Shown here one piece after another: positions 37,174 through 49,160 of a stretch of DNA of 64,000 bases. A program made the position numbers and the translations under genes. How positions within the stretch are numbered: position 1 is the stretch's first letter; each line of letters starts with the position of its first letter. The stretch is from Perkinsela sp. CCAP 1560/9 (taxonomy: Eukaryota > Protista > Euglenozoa: Kinetoplastea). The stretch spans positions 1,674,001 through 1,738,000 of the forward strand of contig CBFFSA010000001.1 in NCBI GenBank assembly GCA_965644495.1. Reading direction: 5' to 3'. Below the pieces are notes generated by a model. It was given only the letters and a program-made list of their open reading frames with translations. It had not been told where the DNA came from and searched no databases.

Positions 37174-38275
37174 CACTGTGATCGCCGAGAAAAAAAAAAC
37201 GTGATCATGCCGCTCTAGGCAAATGCCCAGCTCTCGCGCCTCTCGTGGCACGAGAAGGAGCAGGCTGAACAGAAGTCGGAAGATCCGGTGCGAAGTACTC
37301 ACGAATGATTTGGATCTGCTTGAAAAAATTTGTGTGGGGGGCCTCCCCGAGAGGATGTAAAGTCCCGTGAGGGGAAGCAATATCTCGCCCTGGTCGCTTC
37401 TGCAAAAAAGAAAAAAAAGGATTGGTAAATTACATCCCGCTATGGGAGACGAGTAAGCGAGTAAGTTATAGGTTGTAAATATATTGCCAACGCCGCATTA
37501 TTGAATGCATTACGCGGGGCGCGTTGATAGAAAAAGAAAAAAAACAAGGCAAATATTAGAAGTTTGCTTTAAGATGCAGGATTTTAGATCTTTATGGTGT
37601 TCGCAGCCTTATGACAGATTGTTTGTGACGTTTGTGATCCGTTATTCGAAATCCTTGTGTTTTAATCGGTTATTTGGGAATCTTTGTGACCCGTTGTTTG
37701 GGATCTTTGATATACGTTATTTCGGGTTTTTGTGACCCATTGTTCAGGAGCTTTTTGATCGGTTGTTGAGGATTGGTTGTATAGGGATCTTTGTGATCTG
37801 TTTTTTTTGTGATCTCTTCGACCCCTTACTTAGGATATTTGTGATCGTTTGTTTGGTATCTATGAAGTCCTTATGATTCATTGCACGGGATCTTTGTAAT
37901 CGGATGTGTATATTACCTGATTGGTTTGTTTGTTTGTTTGTTATCTTTGTGATCGGTTCACTTGAAATCTTAATGACCCATTATTTGTTATCTCGTGTTT
38001 GGGATCTTTGTGACCCACCGTTTGTGGCCTTCGTGATCTTTGTGATCAGTGCTAAAAAAAAAGAAATCCGTAAAAAAAAACAAAAAAAAAGAGCTTATTA
38101 AACGTGCGGGTACAGCACGTACTTGCACACCCTGGTTCCGTATCCCAGCCTTCTTGACACACGTCGAAAGACGTGTTGCCGGGGAGATCACTCGGATACG
38201 GAAACGGGCCCCTTAAGTGGGAAGCATTCTGGGCTGTGAAATGACTCGGGAGAAATATTTTTTTCAATCACAGTG
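37174..38275. mobile_element. Transib-like non-autonomous element
   Basis: Termini CACTGTGAT.. and ..ATCACAGTG with A-tracts inside; 5-bp flanks CCTGG and CCAGG; no transposase. Confidence 0.6.
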
Positions 38276-38474
38276 CCAGGAACATAAGAATTCTTTTTAT
38301 TTTTAACCGCGTAGAATCCACTGTACAACAATGCAGTGGTGGAAACTTGTGCTCTACATATTTGTTTTGATAAATGTAAACAATGTAACAAAATATAAAA
38401 ATGTAATAAAGAAGATAAATGTAAAAAATTAATTATAAAAAATAAATCTACCAAGACATCATAAAATCAATATA

Positions 38475-39220
38475 CACCCATGGACAGAAGTGTGCCCCCG
38501 GCCTGGCAAATGACAAGTTTTTCACCCATTCTTTCTCATTTTTGCAGCATTCGAGAGATCTCGCTCCCCTAGCGAAGAGCTTTGCCGCCTTTGCTTCATA
38601 GGGACCCCCTGGTACCCCCTGTTTCCAAAAAATATGGTTTTATTGCCCGTTTTTTTGGAACACAGTCAATTTCTCTAGTATATTATCTTTTTTTCTCCCT
38701 GTTTTTTCTTCATGAGGACCCCGCCTCGTATAAATCATAAACGAAACATCGTTTTGTCGATTTCGGAGCGAACAGAGATAGTCAAACAGCGTAAATCCAC
38801 ACAACTTTGTAGTTTTAAGCCACACAACTATGTAACCCTGACAAAGGCCACAGAAAAGGCGTTTAACGCTCTAAAACGTGCCCCACATAGATAGAAAGTG
38901 TTGAATTCCATCAAATCTGTTCCTAAACGTATGCAAATAGTTATTCAGACCAATGGGGAGCATTGCGGATATTGATACTTCTTCCTTTTTTCTCATTTTC
39001 TCATTGAAAGGGTGATTTTTTTCTAGATGTCTAATGTAACATTTTTTGTTTTTGGTCTACTTTGGGGTCAACACCAGAGCACCAGGGGGTCCCTATAAAA
39101 AAAACGCGGCAAAGCTCTTCGCTAGGGGAACGAGATCGCTCGAATGCTGCAAAAATGAGAAGAAACGAATAAAAAAAAATGGCATTTGCCAGGCCGGGGG
39201 CACACTTCTGTCCATGGGTG
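38475..39220 (+). mobile_element. Tc1 internal-deletion derivative
   Basis: Long TIRs CACCCATGGACAGAAGTGTGCCCCCGGCC..; TA flanks; remnants LSISERTEIV and SVPKRMQIVIQTNGEHCGY. Confidence 0.85.
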
Positions 39221-39648
39221 TACAATTGTTTACTTATTTTCTTAGTTGAATACGTCGTCTTTCTCTTGCTCTTTTCCTCATGATTCTACCCAGTCTATAC
39301 CCCTGGGCAGCTTCATTTAACCACCCCTACAGGTCTTGCATTTTGTTCGATTTCGGAAATATTTGGCATGGGACTGTTTTTCGCTCCGATCGTCTCGAAT
39401 CCGCGGTCCTTTTCATGATTGGAATGATATTTTTTTACTAAAATGACTAGACAATTTTTGAGGGTGTACATTATTTTTTTTGAATTTTTTTCTGCGTTTA
39501 AATATTTTCTTATGTTTTTAAAAATGTAAATCATGCTTAGAGAACGCAAAAAAGACGCTGAATACGTATTCAATAACCAATGTGATAACCTTTCTTTTCT
39601 ACCACCAATTTAAGTCGTTTGCGGAAGTCTTTACATGGATCTCTTAGT

Positions 39649-39831
39649 TTATCGACATGTACTCCTGATAAAACATCGAATTCCTGGAGAAAAAAAAATC
39701 CTGGAAATTTTGAGCTCTTTAGCTGCAGCACGTAGGAATTTTAGTTCCTTGTAGCGTGCTATGATGAGAGTTCGCCTTTCTGGTGAAATACGCTGATTCG
39801 GGAGGGAAGAAGCCCGATATCGTTTGACCAT
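39649..39831 (-). pseudogene. Transposase HTH fragment
   Basis: ISPERRTLIIARY..LRAAAKELKISR. Confidence 0.45.
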
Positions 39832-39885
39832 TGAGGAAAAAACAGAAAAAAAGTAGATTTTCTTTAATCTTTGTCCCCTTCAGAG

Positions 39886-41640
39886 GGCGCTGCGAGGGGC
39901 GGTGTTGGTGAAGGGGACAAAGATTAAGGCGATGGATTAAGGTACGTTGTGGGATCGTGGACGAAGAGGAATAGAGAGGAGAGGAGGTAAGTGTCGAGGG
40001 GTCTAGTATTGCGAGTGAAATTTGGCCACATTTGGAGAATCAAGGTTGAAAGGGGCGAAAGAGATACGAAGAAACAGATGTAGTGGATTCATTCGAGGAA
40101 GAGAAATTCAACCGTTGAATGCCTTTTCTAAGACACTCGTTAGGGTTACATGCTTGTGACGGTTACATGTACTTGCGACGGTTAATTTTTTTCTGTATAA
40201 TTCTGTCCGGCACGCCCCGCCTATACTATGATTGATTTCACCTTTTATAAAGAATGTTTTTGAAAATTTTGCCCTACAGGGTTTCACCGGGGAGATGACA
40301 AGTCCATCCGGACACGGCGGTGGGCAGCAGTTGTTTTGAGGGAAACGCACAGAAGGGACACGGGGCTTGTGAGAAATCAGAGGGCTGTACGAGTCACGAG
40401 CCCTTGTTTCAGAGAGGATATGCACCCCAACAATTCATGTAAGATTCTCACCTAGTGAGAAATCAATTCAAATATGTAGGATTTTCTTTTCTTTTGATTT
40501 TACTTCATACTGTATTCCTGTACGCTACATGGCAGAGACTTTACTACCACAAAGCCGATTAGGAAAGGCGCGAGCTCAACTGCCAGAGGAATATAATTTA
40601 GCTCAATTTTTAAGCGACGTAGAGAACACACATCCTTCGTGGAATAGAGATACTCCCGTATGTGAATGGGATCGGGTGAAGTGCAATGCGAGAGGTGAGA
40701 TTCTCCGGATTGATTGGACGTCGCTCTCTCTCAGCGGGACGCCACGTTGGATACATCTTTCAAGTATAAAATGCACTGAAATTTTTCTTGCGAACAACAA
40801 CCTGCTGGGGCAGATCGTGCTGAAATGGTTACCCCCTAATATTATTATATTCAGTGGTAGAGGAAACAAGTTTAGCGGCAGCATAAAATTGGATGAACTG
40901 CCAGGACAACTAGACACCCTCCATTTAGGGAGGTGCAACCTACACGGGTCTATTTCTCTTCACGCACTGCCCGCTGGATTCACGTTGCTGCAGTTAGAGC
41001 ACAACAAGCTCTCGGGTTCTCTTGACTTTCAGGCTTTACCGGCCACAATAAAAGTGTTGAACTTCTCAAACAACAATTTCTCCGGGACTGTAGAGTTACG
41101 AAACCTGCCGTATAACATCATTTTGTGGTTGGACAATAACCCAAATCTCATCGGGGAGTACGATCCGATCCGTTTTAAAAACCACATAGGAAACGATCGT
41201 ACTGGAATCAAGAAACTACCGAAAGGAGGATCTCTTGAGTGCTTCTTACCTCTGCGGTACGTTTTTGACTCTGATGTTTGGGATTTTTAGGGAAGCTAAA
41301 TTCAAATTGTTATTGAATAATTTTTTATTGCTATATCCCCCTTGCTTATGAGTTAAGCGTTTTGAGATAAGAGAACTCATAAGAGACCAGAAAGAAGCCC
41401 TAGTTATCTACCCAGGTGGCGTCGTGATATGTTGAAACCGGGAGAGAAGTAGCTTTTTAGGTACGTGTATTTTCTGAAATTTGACAAGTTTTACGAATTT
41501 TAGACCTCCCCAGAGTTAGCTGATCCCTTCCTAAATGGCATGCTAGAATCGAGTACAGTGAGCAAGTCGTCATGTGGATCGCTAACTAAACCGCGTAAGA
41601 CGTCCACCGCATTACGGAAAGAAGCGCATTGCGGAAAGAA
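39886..41640 (+). repeat. Segmental duplication of about 53930-55755
   Basis: Colinear high identity, including the tail of the 53187 gene and the whole subfamily E gene. Confidence 0.9.
40529..41290 (+). CDS. LRR protein, subfamily E
   Basis: GKARAQLPEEYNL, VCEWDRVKC, LRRs, tail YVFDSDVWDF. Confidence 0.9.
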   Translation: MAETLLPQSRLGKARAQLPEEYNLAQFLSDVENTHPSWNRDTPVCEWDRVKCNARGEILRIDWTSLSLSGTPRWIHLSSIKCTEIFLANNNLLGQIVLKWLPPNIIIFSGRGNKFSGSIKLDELPGQLDTLHLGRCNLHGSISLHALPAGFTLLQLEHNKLSGSLDFQALPATIKVLNFSNNNFSGTVELRNLPYNIILWLDNNPNLIGEYDPIRFKNHIGNDRTGIKKLPKGGSLECFLPLRYVFDSDVWDF

Positions 41641-41641
41641 G

Positions 41642-44600
41642 AAACCTTGTTGAATCCTTTTCTTTTTCTACGACTACTCTCTCTCTCCCCGGCGCAAGCC
41701 CATGACCAGACGTCGGCGTGGCCACCGGGGATCCAAGGATTCCGATACTGGGATTAGCACCCCATCATCCTCGACCTCAGGGGGACCTGCTACCACCCCT
41801 CTCAGGCGAGGCTCCAGCCCCCGCCCCTCTGTTGGGGTCGAGGAGCTGCGCCAGCTCTCTATCGAGGAGCTGAAGAAGGCGAGGTCGGACTTGGTCGTCC
41901 GTGTCAAGGAGCAGCACAAGTCATGTGCCTGCGACTTCTGTGGCCTCCCTTTCGTGCCAACCAGGCGGGACAACCGCCTGTGTGAGGAGTGCGTTACTCT
42001 GTGCTCTCGGCACAGGAACGACGTTAGAGTGCGTGCCTCGACGCAAGCCTCAGGGACCCCTCCATCCCGTCCCACGTCTTCCTCTCGATCCTCCCGAGCC
42101 AACTCCACGGCACGCAGGATCCCACGTTCTTCCTCTCGGGGGAGATCCCGGAGCTTTGACCGTACAGGTACTACGGTCGCCCCCACCCCTATCCTGAGGA
42201 AAGCAGCCAACGTTTCCTTTGCTCTTTTCCCCACCCCCGACAGTCGGAGCACGTCATACGCCCGCATCTCGACGCCTGGCCTGGCGACCGCCCCCCCGAT
42301 CACGTCGGACGCAATGGATAGCGACGCCCCCGCCCCGACGGAGCGTCCGCTGAAACTCCCCACGCTAGCGCAACAATTCAAGGAGATGGACACTGTGCGC
42401 TTCAAACTCCTTTCCTCCCCTTCTAGCTCGGGGCTCCCTCTAGCCCAAACTGGAAGATGCTCTCTGCGTCTCCTCTCGACCCTACACTCGGAGCACGGGA
42501 GGATCTCCCTTGAGGAAATGGAGGCCCGGGCACGCCGTGAGCTGACCCTGGAGGCTGTCAGTGGTCTGCACGCGGCCCAGAAAGCCATCGAGGATCGTTT
42601 TCTTCTGATCAATGCGCGCCATTTGGTCTGCATTGAATGTGGGGTAGCCCAACCCCACCATGTAGCCCTACAGGCGCACCTAGTAAAGGTGCACGGTCCC
42701 AATCGGCTAAGGAAAGCATCTATTGCCCTGCTAAAGGAGCATGCCCCGGAAGCCCTCCGGATCAAAACGGAGCGGTACGCCTCCATGCTGGCGTGCTATG
42801 AGGGGTTCTGCGCTGAGGAAGCCCGCCTGCGCATGGCCCAGGTCACCACTGTGGCTAAAGGACCTCCATGGCCCGTGCCCTCCTTACGCTCCTTCCCTCT
42901 CCCCATTCCCAACTCCCCTCCTCCCCCCTCTCCTTTCCCCCCATCTCTACCGGCGGACAGGTCGGGCGCGTACCCGATACAGGCGAGAACTCCCATTGGG
43001 GAAGTCCCGGACAAACCATACGAGCCGGCAGGGGAAGAGGTCCTCAAAATCTTCCTCGACATTGGCCCCGAGTGCTTGGGTCATATAGTCATCCCCTGCC
43101 CGCCCGAACGCTCGTTTCATGCTACAATCAGCATTGTGGGCAACACTTTAGGGGTCCCCGGAGAGAGCCTGCTGCTGAAGGACATTTCCGGCGAAGCCAC
43201 CTCCATCACCGACTCTGAAGGGCTGGACAGAGCGCAAAGAGTCGCGGTCAGCCTCTCCCTTCCCCCCTTTCCCCCAGGGCTTAGCGATGGGGTCACAGTC
43301 AGGGTGTATGACGGGACACACGACGGCATGGTCTCCGCCCCAGGGGTGAGTGCGGCGCACGACATCCCCGCCGGTCTGAACGAGGTCTTGGGTATCCCCC
43401 GGATCATGACCGGTACCTGGGAGCCCCGCAACTACGAAGAAGGGCTTTTTTGGTGTTTCCTTCCCACAGAAACCCTGGTAAGCGAATCGGGCTGGACCAC
43501 CCGTGTTGTTCAATGCAACCTCCGCAGAGGCTGTATCGAGGCAAACCCAGGTCCTCGTTCTAAGACGAGGAGGGCCCGGAGGGAGACCCAAAATGTCCTT
43601 ACCCCCGGCGCTACAACCCCTACCCCGGGTGGGGAAGGTACTATTATGGAGGGAATCGCGGCCTCTACATCTCCTCGTAGCCCCTCCCGTCAGGAATGCG
43701 AGTGCCCCACCTCCGCTCCACCGCCTTACCCCCATCTGGCTGGGACGGACCCTCCCTACAAGGCCCCCAGTGTCACGCCCCCCAATACCCAAGGCGCGGT
43801 GACGGAGCAAGGTGACATCACGCCCTCCCCGGACAGCCTGGCACAGCTCCTTGAAAGGGGCTCGCTGCGCACCTTATACGCAGTTCAATGCCCTGCCTGG
43901 AAGGACTACACTAATGCGGTGTGTAGCACCTTCCTGGGGAAGTCGCATGAAGGCAAAATTAAGGTCGCCTGGGATCTTCTCCTCGGAGTTAAACGGTTTC
44001 TGTTTTTCTCCGAGGACAAACTGTCCCAAAGGCAGCTGGCTAGGGAGCTCCGCAAACGGGCTCACCTCGAGGGGTCGGAGACCATAGCTCCGACCCCCTC
44101 CCCACCAACAGCTTCCGCCGATCCGTCGTCAAGCGGGTAATAGAGCTGATTCGGGCGGGGGCTTTCTCCAGGGCGGCCAAAATTTTGGAAGCCCCCTCGA
44201 TCCGCCGGCAAACCCGGCGACGGCGGGGGGACAGGCGAAACGCCTCCACCCAGAGGGAGGTCCACATAACACCCCAAATTTGTCTATGACAAAGTCACAC
44301 ATGGACCCCTCCCGTCGGCGGCGGATGTTGCCCGGAAGGCAACAAGCCTGGCGCCGCTTAGAGCGCCAGGCCCGTCCGGATGGACATTTTCCGCGCTCTA
44401 AAAAGGTACCCTAACCTATCCCCAATGATAGGGATCTCCCTTTTCGGGTACGGGACCCCTAGTAAACTCCACCTGGGGGAGGGGATATATATCCCCAGTT
44501 CCCGGGGGGTCAAACAAGGGGACCCGATGGCGCCCATCCTGTTCGCCTTAGGGATTCAGGGGGCCATCTCGGCCGTGGCAGCCAAATACTCGGGTTGCCT

Positions 44601-45330
44601 TAAGCTATGGACATATCTCGACGATATAACCATAGCCGCGGAACCCGAGGTGTGCGTAAAGGCCCTCGGCTCCTTGGAAAAGGAGATCAAGCTTATGGGC
44701 CTAAAGCTCAACATGGCCTAGTGCAAGGTGGCTACCCGCCACCCGGACCTGTACTCGGCTTTCTCGGGGAGCCGGATGCAACACGGTCCGGGGGGACTGA
44801 AACTTCTGGGGGCGTACTTTGGCGCCTCGGAAGCGCAGGAAGAGGAACGGGTCCTCTCCAAGGTCCCCAAGGTCACTAATTTCTTGGGTAAACTCAAGGA
44901 TTTACCCAGACAGTGCGCCCTCCCCCTCCTCCGCCTATGCGGGAGCCCCCGGTGGAACTACATAGTTCGCAAGCACGAACCGGGGGTGACCAAAAAGGCA
45001 AACTTGCAGATGGACGCGGTCATCACCGCATGCTCCGAAGCTTTTATCGGAGGGATGGGTGCAATGGGAACGACGCCGTTCGTAAACAAACTTTTTACGG
45101 CGGACTTCCTGGGCACCATCCCTTTCGAAGACAAAGCGGAAGACATGCAGGCCAAAGCAGTCAGGGCCTTACAAGGCCAGCCCCCCTGCACCCTCGCCAG
45201 GGAGGGAAGACGCTCCTATGGGGCGGCTGCTCTGGACAAGGCACCGTCGGCCACGCATCTGGTCTGCATGCGCCAGATCCAGAACATCCACTCGACCAAG
45301 TGGATGAATGCGTGGCCAAGTGGATGAATG
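41642..45330 (+). mobile_element. Degenerate CRE/SLACS-clade non-LTR retrotransposon
   Basis: ORF 41702-44140 with Cys clusters and a C2H2 finger (CIEC..HLVKVH); then GAFSRAAKIL, LHP, APGPSGWT, GVKQGDPMAPILF, YLDD; frameshifts, internal RT deletion, TAG at 44719-44721, RLE domain missing. Confidence 0.85.
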
Positions 45331-45490
45331 TGTGAGCGAAAGAGTGACATTCGAGAGTTTGTTATGAAGGCTAGTGATTCTTATTCCGCTCAGCTCGGCT
45401 TTGTAGAGAGGATGCGACTTCAGCACATCACGTACAAAGGGACGGATTTACTCGAATAACATCTGTGAAGTGGAATGAATACAAATACAA
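45331..45490 (+). pseudogene. Fragment of subfamily B LRR gene
   Basis: Matches about 26580-26740 (CERE.DIREFV..VKWN.YKY). Confidence 0.7.
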
Positions 45491-45779
45491 TCTACCTTCG
45501 ACGTACAATTGCTATACGGGATACTACACCCCCGTTCACATTTACTCCCCGCAATCGATTGAGCGGCTCGTGGGAGCTTTTTAACTAATTCCTTCGCGAT
45601 ACGACATGTACGTCCGTTGTGCACCTTAGAAAAATGCGTTTTCGTTCATTATCTCCATATTAACGCAGCTAGAATATATTTACGTGATTTTAATCCATTT
45701 TTCTACGTTCACATTTCGTATTTTTCAAGATTATCGCATTTTTTTGCTATAGAACTTTATTTCGTACGCCAATTGACCA

Positions 45780-47213
45780 ATGTATCATCCAGAAGATGGT
45801 CTAATCCGCCTTCTGAATGGAAAACTCATGTGTCTTGATGCAGACGGGTATGACGCCCCACAGGTTAAACAGAAGGAGGTTTCTGACTGCGGGCTGTACG
45901 ACACCCCGAGAATTACAACATCAGTTGCAACCCGCGTGGAAAAGGAAATCACCGGTCTGATTGCTGTCAGTGAGCTCTCCGACTACGATAAACCGATTAT
46001 CACCACTTCAGTCGGAACCCGCGTGGGGGAGGACAGTATCGATCCAATCCCTGCTTCAGTGGCAAGAGGGTCGCTTGACATTCACAAGGCTCCGCAACAT
46101 AACACGCAAAGAAAATATGCAGATGTGAAAAAAATTCGACGTTTGTCAAGCAAAATCAAACGTCTTGAAACGAAGATAGAAAAAAACTGCAAAACATTTT
46201 GCTATTGGGCTAGAGAACCTAGCAACTTTGCGAGAAGAGAACGTCATTTCAGCCAACACCAAAAAGAAATTAGAAGAGCGAAATAGGCTCATAGAAGCAG
46301 AGTGTGCCTCCAAGGCACTACATGAAAAGCATTTGTTGGAAGTCCTCGGAAAAATTCAAAAACAGTACATTTATTCAAGCGCTAGCGAAACAAGTGAGAA
46401 AAAAACTGTGAAGCGCGGGCGTCCTAAAAAGACCAAGAGAGGACCCAAACCGCGCGACACCTCCACTTTGATTGTTCAGAAAGGAGCAAAAGGTAAGGGC
46501 TCCTTGAGCAAAGAGGGGATATCGAATTTTAAAGACTTGCAAAACACTGGAGTTTTTCAGCGTTGGTTTTCTCTGACGAAACACCAATTTTAGCAGGAGA
46601 TCTGAGCAAGAAGGCATGGCAGCACCCTGATGCTCCCGTCTTTATGGATCGCACTCATCATCCAACGCAAGTTATGGTGTGGGGAGCTTTTGCTAGATTC
46701 GGAAATTACACGTACCATTGGTGCGCGTTCGAAGAATTTTATTGTTCCTACATTGCGTCAGGAGGAACACAAGCCATTCCACCGAACAAGGGCTTGGGAA
46801 GTTTGTACTACCGCAAGGAAATATTAGACTAAACCTATTCACCATGGGCCCAAGACCGCAATTCTGTCCTTATGGATGATGGAGCCCCTGGGGATCGAGC
46901 GAAGGATACGATGCAGTGGTGGGAAGCTCGCGGGGATCTTACCGTGCTACGCTTACTGCAAGCAGAGGAAGATGGACATTTTCTTCGTTGACCAACGGAC
47001 TCCCCTGATCTCAACCCGATAGAGTATCTTTGGGACGCAGTAAAGGGCTTCAAAAATAAGAAGCGGTCACGAACCAGGCAAGAAATTATTGAAGCATGTA
47101 ATGCTTACTTCGCGTCGGACGCATGCAAAGCGAAGTGCGCCAAACTCCACGCGTCATTTCAAAAGCGACTCAGAATGGTTATTGAGTATAAAGGTGAGAA
47201 GATACCTTATTGA
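45780..47213 (+). pseudogene. IS630/Tc1-like transposase pseudogene
   Basis: VFSDET, QVMVWGAF, LMDDGAPG, *PTDSPDLNPIEYLW, KRLRMVIEYKGEKIPY; several stops and frameshifts; assignment of the 5' part is uncertain. Confidence 0.8.
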
Positions 47214-47711
47214 AATTATAGAGAATTATGGAGAGGGGCGGTGCGGGCGTTTTGTAAGTTCGTTCGAGTCGGAGCTTATCTTAGCGTCGCGTGGAAACAC
47301 TAAACCTGTGATGAAGATTTTGCTTGGTCTGGGTAGGTCGTGCGTGAGGGGCCGGTGTACCTAATTAGCTTAGGTCGGGTCAATAAGGGGAATCTGTTAG
47401 CGGAGAAAAAATCCTTATCCGATGCACTTTGCGTTTGGTACGTGGCGAGGCCACAAACGACCCTATCAGTTCCCTCTATTCGCCACACAGGTGTAGTTCT
47501 CTGCGCGATGCACTTGAGTAGCCCAACAAAGGCGAAACGAAAGAGCACCCGCCACCGTCCTTGGTTACCGGACGTGTATACGCACATGTTTTATTCAGTT
47601 GACATTGTTTTTCTCTTGTGCTTTATTTACTTGTAGGTTCATGTTACACAAATAGCAGTCATTTAGATGGAGGCACAGGAGTAGGAAATCTACTCAAACG
47701 ATAACCCACTC

Positions 47712-47985
47712 GCACATTGATAATGCATAGTTACTGCACATTGATAATGCATAACGTGCCGCACATTGATAATGCATATAGCACATTGATAATGCATATA
47801 GCACATTGATATTGCATATAGCACATTGATAGTGCATACTAAGCGGCACATTGATATTGCATAGTTACTGCACATTGATAATGCATATAGCACATTGATA
47901 ATGCGTATAGCACATTGATAATGCATATAGCACATTGATAATGCATATAGCACATTGATAATGCATATAGCACATTGATGATGCA
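47712..47985. repeat. 20-25-bp minisatellite, 13 copies
   Basis: Core GCACATTGATAATGCATA. Confidence 0.95.
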
Positions 47986-48063
47986 TTATTTGGAAATTAA
48001 AGGTGTTTTCAAGAAATAGTGAACACTCGTCTCTGCTCCCGGTGAGGCCCTGGAGTTGCGAGA

Positions 48064-48175
48064 GGCCTCCATACCCCACAACTACCACCTTCCCCCCCTA
48101 TTTAGCGGGGGTCGCGCGAGCGACCCCTGATAAATGGGGGGAAGGTGGTAGTTGTTTTGGGGAATATGAGAGGCC
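48064..48175. repeat. ~110-bp imperfect palindrome; partial inverted copy at about 5302-5403
   Basis: CAACTACCACCTTCCCCCC..GGTCGC GCGA GCGACC..GGGGGGAAGGTGGTAGTTG. Confidence 0.85.
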
Positions 48176-48582
48176 GAACGCACGGAGGGGCCGGCCGGGC
48201 CACTGAGTCACGTGAAAGTGTGACACCCAAAAACGAAACCTAGATCTTGTTTACCCGTCTGCACAACAGAACCGTAAATGGCACGTAAAGATGCTTGGCC
48301 GAGGTACCCAATAAATTCACCTTTGCTCCCGGTGAGGCCCCGGAGAAACGAAGCGGAGCTGTGGACGCGTTTATTGCAGAAGGTTATTGTTCAGAGGTAT
48401 AATATCTTGGACGATTATTGCGATGATCGTGTTGCCGGAAATAACGAATTAGCCCAAAAATAGCAATTTTGGTGATATGATGCTGCCTATAAAGTCCGTC
48501 ATTCTGATTCTTCCGACGTGTCTACTAAGAACCCGCTACGTACCTTCGGAGCAATGTTACCTCGAATGTTTTCGGCAAGCTC

Positions 48583-49160
48583 CTATGGGCTGCTGTTCTG
48601 GAGAATTTCCATAGGTCGTTGGTTAATTGAATCACACACTGAGTCCAGAGTGGCTTGAGAAATGTCAGTGAAGACAACGCGCTTCGGGTAAAAATCGCGC
48701 ACCAGACCATTGAAATGTTCTACCCCGCCCTTTTCCCAACTTGCGTAGGGCTTGCAAAAGAAAGATAAACAGCCTAATGCTTCATTCACTGCCTCGTGCT
48801 TCGCAAACTCGGAGCCGTTGTCATAGGTCAAAGTACGAACCTGATAACCTCGCAGTGCTTGGGTAATTTCCTGCGCAACGAGATCCGACCTTTTGCAAGA
48901 CAGCTTGCGAAGGATGCCAAACCGGCTTTTCCGTTCTACAAGACTGAGAAAAAAGCCGCTGTGCTTACTCCCTTCAATTAGGTCGCATTCCCAGTCTCCA
49001 TACCGGGACCGACTGTTGACTGAATCGGGGCGTTCGCTAATATCCGTCCGGTTTGGTATTTTCAGACGATTCGTCTCAGTAGCAATCGATTCAGAGGAAA
49101 TTTCACGCTCAATCTCTTTCATCCTACTTTGCGCATAATAAATTTGGGAACTAACACACT
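48583..49160 (-). pseudogene. IS30-family transposase catalytic core (copy 2)
   Basis: ISERP..RSRYGDWECDLIEG..LVERKSRF..TLTYDNGSEFA..FCKPYASWEKGGVEHFNGLVRDFYPK..INQRP: full IS30 DDE signature. Confidence 0.9.

Noticed and set aside
41674-43810. Long antisense ORFs (370 and 220 aa) and antisense ORFs over LRR genes
   Set aside because: Shadows of GC-rich coding strands with no motifs.
41702-45327. Diversity-generating retroelement acting on LRR genes
   Set aside because: RT motifs are CRE-like and broken; no TR/VR pair with adenine-specific mismatches seen among paralogs.
47712-47985. CRISPR array
   Set aside because: Linkers are only 2-7 nt and recur; no cas genes; it is a minisatellite.
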